Positions 1-10,096 of a DNA stretch of 64,000 nucleotides are shown here, piece after piece. This stretch comes from Phoronis australis (taxonomy: Eukaryota > Animalia > Phoronida), in NCBI GenBank assembly GCA_002633005.1, contig NMRA01000210.1, positions 310,001 through 374,000 on the forward strand. Direction: 5' to 3'. The notes under the pieces were generated by a model. That model worked only from the letters and a program-made list of their open reading frames with translations. It did no database searches and had not been told where the DNA came from. How positions within the stretch are numbered: position 1 is the first letter of the stretch; the number at the start of each line of letters is the position of its first letter. The position numbers and the translations under genes were made by a program.

Positions 1-1360
1 CGTTAAGATAACAGTTGCCTGAAGAATTAAGACGTTTGATTTCATCTTTCGCCCTTTTTGTCAACGGAGACAGAGTTCACATTCGAATTCCTCATAAAAA
101 TTGGAGTATAGGCCTTTTTTACCACAAAAATTGGTCAAGTTTTGTGGGAGATAGCTGTAATTTGGATCAGATGATTTGATTGTCTATCCAGTATTACTAC
201 AGGTGTCACTATTTGTTAAATAAAATGTCCTAAACCAATCAACAAAGGTACAAATTGCAGCCTGTGGGAAGATTAATTTTCGTTGAACTTGGGCGAAAAC
301 AACAAATGCTATGATTTGTTTTGAAACTCAATAACGGTTTAATTCGCGCAGAGAACTGAGTGGTTAGCCTCCGGTTTCTACATGTGTGTGCAGATGCGCG
401 TTATCTATAACATAAAATGGAAAGTTCACACGAAGTCTGTATCCCTGATCCACTACAGACCTTTGTTGCACCCACCTCAGCATTGCCTTTGTCCCAGGTA
501 GTGCACCTGGCCTTTATTTGGATTCGAAGTCTTTTAGTTTTTTTTTTCGTGGGCCGTTTTTTCGCGGATGTAGAGGGAGGCTGGCCAGTTGTGTACTGGC
601 CTTTAGCCCTGGTAACGTCAGTCAGTCAGCTAAATGGCCTGGGTGACGTCCGTCGTCGACTTAATTTCACTCCCTTCAGCATCCATTGAGTAATACATAC
701 TTCTTCGGACCTGTCGCCGCCAAACTCGATACTAGGCTTCGCGGCAATCATCACCTATGTTTTCCCTCACTTCGCCTGTGTTTTGGTTCAATTTGCCCGT
801 GTTTTGTCACAAGAAAATGCATTCTTTATATTTCTTTTTACCTGATGTTACGCGGGCACACCCAAGTATTTACAAACCATTCACTATGCCTTAGTACAAG
901 ACTCAACTGTTTAAAAACAAACAAAGCCAATGTCACAGTACATGTTGGTGACCACGTGGGTCAAGGAAAGGTCAGCGGCGAAATTGTAACTAAAAACATT
1001 GTATACAAAGTAAGCTTTATAAACCAATACAATTTTTTTTTCACAAATTCTGTCCTGAGTACTGCATTTGTACACAATGATGTGTGATATTGTGCCTCAC
1101 ACTCTCGTGGTCTTCAATTCATTTACGAAGTGTGTAGAAATGTTTGCACGTCTTGGCCAAGCCATACAGGGCTTGCCACCCGTAGCATGAAAATTTATTG
1201 TGCCTCGCAACTCATGTTTTTCTTTGCTGAGAATTGTAACATGAAAATTTATGATGAGACTTTTGTAAATACACTGAGACTATTTTGTGTACAAATGCTA
1301 CTTAAGACAGATTTTGTAAAAACAGCATTTAATGTATAAACTCTCTTGTCGCACTGTTGC

Positions 1361-1453
1361 ATAGACGTGTCACAGTGTCATTACATAGACATGTCACAGT
1401 GTCATTACATAGACATGTCACAGTGTCATTACATAGACATGTCACAGTGTCAT
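1361..1453. repeat. 24-bp minisatellite (atagacatgtcacagtgtcattac) x~4
   Basis: Directly visible tandem units starting at 1361, 1385, 1409 and 1433. Confidence 0.95.
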
Positions 1454-2257
1454 CGCACTTATGTAAATTTATGATTACAAACTTTTTTCATTAAGTCAGT
1501 CCTGACTGCTGCATTTGTACACAATGGTGTGTACATGTAGTACTCTCACAATTTTATTATTTTTATTGCTGAGAAATGTTTACACGTCTTGACCCAGTCA
1601 CCCTTAGTATGTACATGTACATTTATGATTTGACTAAATTTGTAAATACTTTACATACATTGTATTCAATATTGTATTTTTTAATACTTAGTTTTCACTC
1701 TTCAAGAAATATCGGTCTATTGAGAGGAACACTAATGTTCACTTAAAGGTGTAGCTATTTCCCACTAACATTTCCAATAAACTAGCTGCTACCCGGGCTT
1801 TCGCATTTGATCTCTCAAAAACAAAACAGTCACATAATTTTGAGACTTCAACTTCTCGCTAATTCTACCTCCCAAAGCAAGCATAAAAATTGACAACTGG
1901 ACTCTACATTGGACCACTGCACAAAGGCCTATATTCAAATCACTGATAAAAGCATGACCAGCTTATACTCCCTGAAACCCCTACCTTAATTTTTGCTTCA
2001 CACTCAAAATAAGCTTATGTCGTTTTCATCTCATGGAACTAAAGCTTTTTCATGAAAATCATAAATGTCCTATTTTTTGAAAGACCATCATGCAAAAGTG
2101 GAACAACTTAAAAACAATTCCTAAAAGAATTACTGAATTGTACATACAACATAGTAGTAGATGTTTCATATGAATCTGAGTGACCATTTCTGAGACATCT
2201 TTCTAGAGTCCTAAATCATCTTAACCAAACTATCCTTTTGTGAAGTGGTATACAAAC

Positions 2258-4850
2258 CTTTGTGTTTTCCTGCAGGAAAGCCTTGCAGTCATCCACAAGA
2301 TGATCAATAGTGACAAAGGTAACAGAGATGTTGTAGTTTGGAAGGAACTTTGAGAAAAACTTATGAGTGCCACTGTATACCGGATTACAGGAAAGCTGAA
2401 ATACAAAAAGATAAATCGATGAATAAATGACATTGAGAATTATTTGAGAGACCTGATTACACATTCCTAATTGCTTGGCCATAACAGGTAATTAGAGTAA
2501 GACAGGACAACTCGAATGCCTCCCCACTTCAATCATCAAGGATATACAAACCATTGAAGTATTGCTACTTGCCTTCCTAACTAATATGGAAAACCGGAAG
2601 GACAAACATTGCTCTTATCCACCATATTTCATCCTATATTGGCGTAATTTTATCATAACAATACTTTGCTTACACCACTAACTGACATGTTATGAGAATT
2701 ATATCGTTTGCAGACCTTAGTACACCAAGACTAGGCTAGACGAGGTGCTTTCCCCCAGCCAAGCAGCAAGTCAAGGCTACTCATAAAGACATGCCCGAGT
2801 TAATTGAGCATGTAAATCTTTGCTAGAAAGTTGTGGGCCTTTAATTATTTCCACCAAATTAGGTGTATTGCATTAGAAACACAAATGTTATGGTAATGGA
2901 CTGTCTGCAGAAGGTGGAAGCGAGTGGGGTGCAATTCGCAAACGCAACTTATAAATCATAAAAATCAACAGTTCAAATGACAAATACTTTTAGTAACAAC
3001 AGATGTAGTAACTGAACCCTAGAGCTAATCCTTCAAAAATTACAAAGGAAGTTAAAGCAAGCAAAGTGAACATAATTTTCTTTGCACAGCAAAGACTTGG
3101 TTGGAGTAAAATGTATAATATTTTGTTATCTAAAAAAAATGACTTGCTACAAGCCCCAGTCTTCTAACCTCCTATAGCAGGTTTAAGCAATTTAAATATC
3201 AAACTGTATTATAATTAGATTCAAAACACTGACTGCTGCCAATGCACGTCACAACTTGTTAACATTCCATCCAATTGTCTTTTGCTTACACATAGTGTAT
3301 CTAATGATGGGATGGACCCTAAATATCGGACATTTCATAAAGTCATACTTGAAGCATAATCTGAGAATTAAATGACATCTCTTTTTGTTCAGCTGTAATG
3401 CATTCAATGTCCGGCACTGTCTCGTTTTTTAAAGCGTTGCCTCGTTTTGATTTCACCGAGAGAGGGTGCAATTTAGACCCCCAAGTTGGCCTAAAATGGA
3501 CAAGGTTAAAAACAATCTTCTTCCACAATGAAATCATCTCACTGAACTGACAAAATGTCACTGTTTCATTTTTTTACTTCTCAAGTCAAACCCCGACCAC
3601 GCACGTGTAGGTGTCATATCAAGAAGGCAAAGAGATACTAAAAGCTGCAGTGAGATTGCACATGCTTTAGTCGTCTGCACTGATTCATCAAAGCGACTTG
3701 GCGCTGTCATCAGATTTCATTTTATGGATGCGAATGGAGATGTGTTCTAGCAGCATAAATGAAATTTGGGTACATGGTGCCCGCAGCCATTACTTGGTTA
3801 GTCAGTTTTCCACGGTGTGGCATATGGGGACACATGATGTCCGATACTTAGGTTCTCCGAAGGTTAGCTAGTTGTTTTTTAAAGATCAGTCAGAACATAA
3901 ATGAGGCTTTCAGTGACAAGATATAGTAACATAACAATTCCGTAAAGATATGTCATTATTTCAGCAAAGAATTCACAACCATCTGTTGTATTTTAAATTA
4001 AATATAATGCAAAATGTGCCAATATGTCCAATAATCAGGTCACTTGATTGTATTGTGAGTCAAAGGAACATCTAGCTGTTTTATGTCAACAGACTTAATG
4101 GGTTCATACCACGTGATCTCCAGGTTTTAAGATAGACATCAGACACGACGTGATGGCAGCCATACCGCTTGAGAAGATAACACAGCCTTCACCCCCCTCT
4201 AAATCTGTAATGGCAGCTTCCACAGCACGGGTCGTGGGACAACCAAGTCGAGTGTAGACAAAGCCATCCTAAGCAGCAGGGTGAGAAGCAAAATTACTAC
4301 AGTATGCATGTGGGAAAATGCCAACGGTGCTTAAATTAAAAAACTCCAGCATGCAGTCAGTAGTGTCAATAAAAAAAAACATGAACATTAAGTTTGAACG
4401 GATAAAATTGCATGTGCAATCGTATGTCATTTGAGGTAACTCAGTAAAACAGGTCAACTCTTCGTTTGCATAGGGGTAATTTTTGACAAGGCATTTTTAC
4501 CTGATAACGTAAGATTAACAAATCAACTGAATTTTAGAATTCACAACTTAAACTCCAAAAGTACCTCATCAATAGGGGGAGTTTTTTTAGCTCAATTACA
4601 AAGCAGTTGAAGTCATCCTATAAATGGTAACTTTTAGAACCCCCATTTTTGAATTACCTTCAATAACTCTCCAAAGTCACTACATTGCTTGACAGCATAC
4701 GTTGAGCTGTGGTATATTGGTGTGACCAGTGGTGCAGACTGGGACAGGTCTTGATCAGCAGTGCTACTTGATGCCAAGGTTCCTGGCTGGACATCGGCCA
4801 CATGAAGACCATGCTTGCCCGTCACAAACTCTGACTTGGCTGGAAGACGC
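2258..4850 (-). CDS. PLP-dependent Cys/Met metabolism enzyme (cystathionine gamma-lyase / methionine gamma-lyase-like), partial: exons 4850-4658, 4268-4110, 2395-2258; start exon unresolved, later exons not found in the window
   Basis: GT-AG-bounded, phase-compatible exons translate to ...APLVTPIYHSSTY...|DGFVYTRLGCPTTRAVEAAITDLEGGEGCVIFSSGMAAITSCLMSILKPGDHV|LSCNPVYSGTHKFF...QENTK. These match the P-I-Y-x-S-S-T, Y-x-R-x-G-x-P-T, F-S-S-G-M-A-A-I and G-D-H-V motifs of the Cys_Met_Meta_PP family. The 4850 exon needs a phase-2 upstream exon; candidates are ATGTG|gtaagt at 8305-8301 or 7819-7755. Confidence 0.88.
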
Positions 4851-6256
4851 CTGCGAAAAATGAAGAATATCTTTGACTCTCTGAATTTCCTGCTTGTCCA
4901 GATATAGTGCTAATATAAAATACATTCAACAAAGATTACTAGTGCTCAGCACTTAAATGACATCATCTCTTATAAACAGACATATGCAGAAATGCGCAAA
5001 ATGGTTCCCTAACCATTTCCAAGATTGAACCAGTCTACAAGAAGTCGCGATGGCTTAAAGTACTTCTTCAAATAAGATGTGTATTGTCTCTTGCAAGCAT
5101 CAACGTATAACCACGTACAAATCTATCTCTATTGATATATTGCACTGATGGTAAAAAGCTGAAAAAATAACAAGAACCAGTCATAGCACTCCCAAATATC
5201 TCTAAAATGATATACATAATACAAAATCAGATCTATGTTTTAGTATAAGTCAACTGACGAGAGGAAAAACTCAGTAACTAGGGAAAAAGCCGACGAAAAG
5301 TGGCTCCATCTATCAGGGGAAAATGAAACACCCGAGCAGGACAGTAGTAACCGTTACATAAAAGAAAATCAGTAAAATCGGCACGAAAGCAGCTATCATG
5401 CTAGGATGTACTACAGTACAATCATGGGTAACTTATGTTTGAGGAACCTTTACATCTGGGATATATAAAACGGCTCACAGTGTGATTAGCCACGGCATGA
5501 CATGAAACAGACAGTCACATGAAAAGTATAAATGAACAAAGCGCATGCAAGACTCTACGTGCAGATGCACCGAGAGAAAGAATGCTGGTCGGAGGCGACA
5601 CAAGATGAATTAGTAAATCTGTCCAACTTGAACAAACAAAGGTCAGGGGTGTCTTTAAAATTATCCATGGCCTACAATTAGGTTTTCCTGTATGTACAGA
5701 ATGTGCCATGGTCTCCACACAGGCAATACATTAAGCAATACAATCAACCGTGAACGCCAAAGGCATGAAGGCAATTACCTTGAAATGGGAATGCTCAATC
5801 AGTTTACCTTTGGATTGATGAAATAAAGTGTATGTAGAACAGTGTAAGGAAGCAGTTACCAGGTTACCTACTATTATGAATATTTAAGACTGGGAACAAA
5901 TATTATGAAAAAGTTGGATCATCTCGTTTTAAAAGTTATGTCATATGTGCAAATAATGGCAAACATTTCTAAGTGTCAGCACTTAGAAATGTTTGCAATG
6001 CAGGCAACCATTTTTAATGTCATTTTTAGTAAAATTAAGACTCGTTGATTATCCCAGACATATTTTTCAGTTAATTACAGGTTTTTGTAATTTAATTAAT
6101 TACTTGTGTCCTCTACTCGTTTAGGGAATCAACAAATTCACGCCATTTGTTTTCATATAGTCCGACATCACTGTGTGAGCTGTCGAGTCAGTCATTGTTC
6201 TACCTCGGTTGTGATAAGTTCAGTGGTTGGTTGCTTTTGTTTATGAGTCAGTAAAC

Positions 6257-6520
6257 ATGCCTCCCAGTTGCTACGCACTCATAATTGTCTCACATGCACT
6301 CTGGGTGTACCATTACATACTCTCCGAAAGATGACAAACCTCACTGTACTTGGCTCGACCATGTGAAGAACACACGCAGTGTACAAAGCAGTGGAGAATT
6401 ACCGAGTGTGTGGCAATTAAGCATTTTCTGCCGTTGGATTAAAAAAGAGATATGCATGCTGAATTGATGAAGGTCCCTGCAAAACAACGCCTGAAGAAGG
6501 GTGCCATACTGTCGCTGTTG
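6257..6520 (+). pseudogene. Frameshifted THAP zinc-finger (transposase N-terminus) remnant
   Basis: ATG at 6257 (MPPSCY); ...SPKDDKPHCTWLDHVKNTR...; ENYRVCG then KHF in a shifted frame; RLKKGAILSLL resembles the THAP AVPTIF box. Confidence 0.6.
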
Positions 6521-6709
6521 ATTCCTGGCAGTGCCCGTCGCCACACCCAAGAAGTGCATTTTTGAAGCAAGGAGCCTCGCAAGCTGTGCAGGCCACTACA
6601 GTGACTGGAGGCAGTGCTTCATCTACTGTCACCCGTGTTCTTATTTTGTAGCATATTAGCCGGATTTACCATTAGAATGGCTACATTTATACTTAAGCAT
6701 TCGTACTTG

Positions 6710-7060
6710 GCTTCTGCCAGCCCCCTTGGATTTGGAAACCTCTTCTAGTTAGCTCTGTAACTTCTAAAGAAGGTGTCTAGCACACCAGCATTCAAATATG
6801 GGCAACGAAGTCAGGACACTGTGTCAAGCAAGGCACGTGAAAAGTAGATACAGTTTCCAGTAGTGGCTTGGCCTCGTCGAAGTTTGAACAGCATAGGCAT
6901 TCCATTGAGGTCAGCATAACAGTGCACACAGTGCATTTGCACCAAGATGTCACACCACGCCTGTCCTCGGTCTCTGCCTCATTCTCCTCTCAACAGCTGC
7001 CTGTGCCTGTGCGTACTCTGCCTCATTATACTGGGGCTCAAACATATACCCAGCCACTGA
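6710..7060 (-). pseudogene. KolX / P2X7 intracellular (Cys-rich Zn-binding) domain-like remnant
   Basis: Minus-strand translation: VAGYMFEPQY... (frameshift) ...EDRRGVTSWCKCTVCTVMLTSMECLCCSNFDE...PCLTQCPDF... (frameshift) LNAGVLDT. This fits the W-C-x-C-x2-C-x2-M-x4-E-C-x-C-C signature. Confidence 0.75.
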
Positions 7061-7600
7061 CTATCCGTGAAAAAATTCCATGTCACCACTGCTATGAACA
7101 ATGTCTCCGTCACTCACGTCAGTACGGTCACTGTGATATGGGTCGCTGACTCCAGCAATTTTCAGGTTACTACAAACTAAACAATCCCTAAATCCAACAT
7201 AATTAAGTTCCCTAACAACCTAGCTTGTCGTAGAATACTTGTTGATGAGAAGTGCTGATGACAATTTTAGAAAAACAGCACGAAAATAACAGAAGTGCAG
7301 ATCCTCACAGTAAACTCGAACGCAGAACCAAATTGGTGCGTAATTCTTGACTCCCTAAATGTCACTTCCTGAGTATATGGGACAAGTAATTAATTAAATT
7401 ACAAGAAGCTGTAATCAACTGAAAAATTTTGTCTTGGATAATCAACGCACCTTATTTTTACTAAAAATGACATGAAAAAAGGATGCCTTCGCTTTCAAGA
7501 TTGATGCATTGTAGGACAGCTGACCAAAATAAGTTCCGACAGTATAGTGAAATAAAAGAAAACATGTTGCTGGTGCAGAACTTTTTTAAATGCTCTTTTT

Positions 7601-7665
7601 AACAAGAGCAACACAAGACATTGGAATGCGCCCACGACTACACCACAAACGGTATGTTCCTATTT
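7601..7665 (-). mobile_element. Isolated 3'-end fragment of the HINE-like family
   Basis: The reverse complement (aggaacataccgtttgtggtgtagtcgtgggcgcattccaatgtcttgtgttgctcttgtt) aligns by eye to the 3' terminus at 28683-28743. Confidence 0.7.
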
Positions 7666-9149
7666 ATAACAATTAAACAGCCAAAAGATTCTTTTAACCA
7701 GGACGAAGGTCAGAAGTTGCGGTCCTACTGGCGAACTTTGAAAGCTGAAGTTACCACCCTTTGCGTATGTGCTGCCGGGAACCAGCCGTGCATTTGCCGC
7801 GCGGTAAAAATTGGAGCATGCGCAGTATGAAAATGTTGAGTTCACGATTTTGGGAATTGAAATGGGGACTGCTCAAAGAAAAAGTTTGATAAGGCAGATA
7901 AGGGGAGCATTTGTTCGAGTTGGAAGGAATTAAACACATCGACAACCTCCTAAGGTGTTCCTCTATGCGCAAAAGGTATTTATAACAACGTGAATTTGAT
8001 GGTTTAGTCGGTGCGAGGCATAATTCGCCGAAAAGCTTCCGGCGTACAGAGCGCCTATAGGAGCTGCATCGCCTCTGGTTCGGGCCAACAGAGGCGATGG
8101 TCATTGGCATTGCCTAGAAAAAAAATGACTTTAATTGGAATCAGTTTCAACAGACTTTGAGCAAGGTTTTGAAGTCTTTGGTCCATTATGCTCTTCAAAT
8201 TTACTGTTTTGTACATCCTGTGAAACAGACTGTTGGAGCTGACACGACGTGGTTTTTCAAGCCCAAAGTCAGCAAAAACTGTTGATTGCCGACCACTTAC
8301 CACATTGTTTTCGTCTCATCTCCAGCATAGTAATCAACACAACGCATTTTATGTTAACATAGAACATTCAAGCTTCAAATTGATAGTTAACAGTAAAAGC
8401 TTTGAATACATTTATTATTTTACAGAACAATTTTAAATGCAAATAAAACTGTTGTTTTTGAATATAAATGTAAATATTTTCATTGTTAAAGTTACTGTAA
8501 ATGTGTTTCATGTAAGGTCAAGGTCAGTTGATTAACAAATGTGAGATAGGTGAGCTTTGTAGTTTTGTACTTGGCTACTAATTCGGATTGTTTGTTTTTG
8601 CAGAACGGTTATTGAATGATGGTATTGTGTGCAATTGATACTGACACTGGTTGGATATTCGAGGACCCTGATTCAGAGAAACAATTTCATCCACTGAGTT
8701 GACTGAGTAACCGGCCGTTTAGGCAGTGACCACGTTTCTACTACTCTAGGCAATGACCATCGCCTAGCCTAGGTGGCCCCAGCCGGGTTCACTAGTACTA
8801 GAGACGGTGAACTTCCTATCCCTGAAGGACTTACGCTAGAAGCTTTTCGGAGAATTATGCCTCACACTGATTAAACCGTCAACGTCGTTTTGCNCAAATG
8901 TTGTAGATTTCACGAAAAAGTGTGAGTAGAGTGGCGCGCGTGATCCATAAGAGTGGGTAATTGTATATTGCGACACTTCATTTTATTTTTTAAGTATTCC
9001 TGACAGAATTTGAAATGGGACCAACTTATCCGACTATTACCCGTTTTGCTACAAATACCTTTTGCGTATGGAGGAGAATGCCACCAAAAAACAACCTAGT
9101 TTGTATCAATTTAGATCGAGTAGTTCCACCCAATAACAACAAGTACAGC

Positions 9150-9720
9150 TCTTTTACCTGATGGCAGACGGAAGTGTTGAAATTAATCAATGACGTCAGA
9201 TGTTCGAATGGAGTTCACACGCTTACTGGTGTCTGCTTATCGCTTGAATTGATCGTTTTACACCAATAAATCATCAAAATTTGATGTAAAACCCCTTATA
9301 AATACACAGAGTTATTAAGAAAATGTGTTATTTTATTTCGCTGTTATGGATTTTTTGGTATTTGAATATACTGTAGCCTACAAAGTTCGGTAGGCCAATT
9401 TACCAAGGTTGGTCACGGGAATTTGGGGTCTGTTCGGTGATAAATTCAAATTATTCGTCCGTGAAATACCGTACAGACAGGAGAAAATAGCTGTATGCTG
9501 TAATTTTAGTTGTGATTTTTTCAGTTCAAACGCACAAAACGCTATCCTGGCCAGTGGCTCTGAACCTGATTAGGCCCATCGCGGCCGAACTGAACTTGAG
9601 ACATCACGAACATAAACCAGCCAAAGTTGGTAATTAAACTAGACTATACTAGTGAGCCAAAGAAAAAATGTGCATGTGGTTATTTTTGTGGATTAGCCGC
9701 GAAACTACAAATCTACATAC
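9150..9720. promoter_or_regulatory. Candidate shared (bidirectional) promoter between the lyase-like gene (-) and TANGO6 (+)
   Basis: ETS-like CGGAAGTG at 9169-9176, perfect CRE TGACGTCA at 9191-9198, CCAAT boxes near 9263 and 9395, and an ACTACA motif near 9704, between two divergently oriented genes. Motif-based only. Confidence 0.4.
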
Positions 9721-10096
9721 TAGCTTGTTGGGGACTGTGAATTCAGGTTACCTTTCCACAGAACCGTTAGGGCAAAACTTGTACAGTAACTATGATTCGA
9801 ATAATGTACATGAAGAAAAGCCCTACCATGGACTTAGTTGACAGTGCTATCTGACTGTCGCCTACATCCATGTTTTGCCCAATATCTAGTGAATGGCTTG
9901 TAGCGTTAGTCATGCTGTTGACTAGCTTACAAACGTAACATATATCAGCTCACTGAGTCACATTTCTCACTAATTTTGTACTAACCTTGTCAGCTATTAC
10001 GTAATGTTTACATCCTAGAAACAATAGCGCCTGTTCTTAATTGTTTACCATAATGCAAGATCTATTTTATTTTTAGAGAAGTTGGCCTGAGAATCT

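Larger units (their letters stand above)
6002..7488. mobile_element. Decayed, internally deleted Kolobok-type DNA transposon (THAP remnant on +, KolX remnant on -)
   Basis: ~140-bp imperfect inverted repeats at 6002-6144 and 7337-7488. Inside: frameshifted THAP motifs (MPPSC..., PKD...W, YRVCG/KHF, RLKKGAILSL) at 6257-6520 (+), and convergent KolX motifs (GYMFEP, RRGVTSWCKCTVCTVMLTSMECLCC, CLTQCPDF, LNAGVL) at ~7060-6710 (-). No TTAA target duplication is visible. Confidence 0.75.

Noticed and set aside
417-1339. ORFs of 90, 133 and 69 aa at the window start
   Set aside because: No recognisable motifs or splice-compatible structure; the region includes a degenerate direct repeat (~1030-1170 vs ~1478-1600) and is probably intronic to the lyase-like gene.
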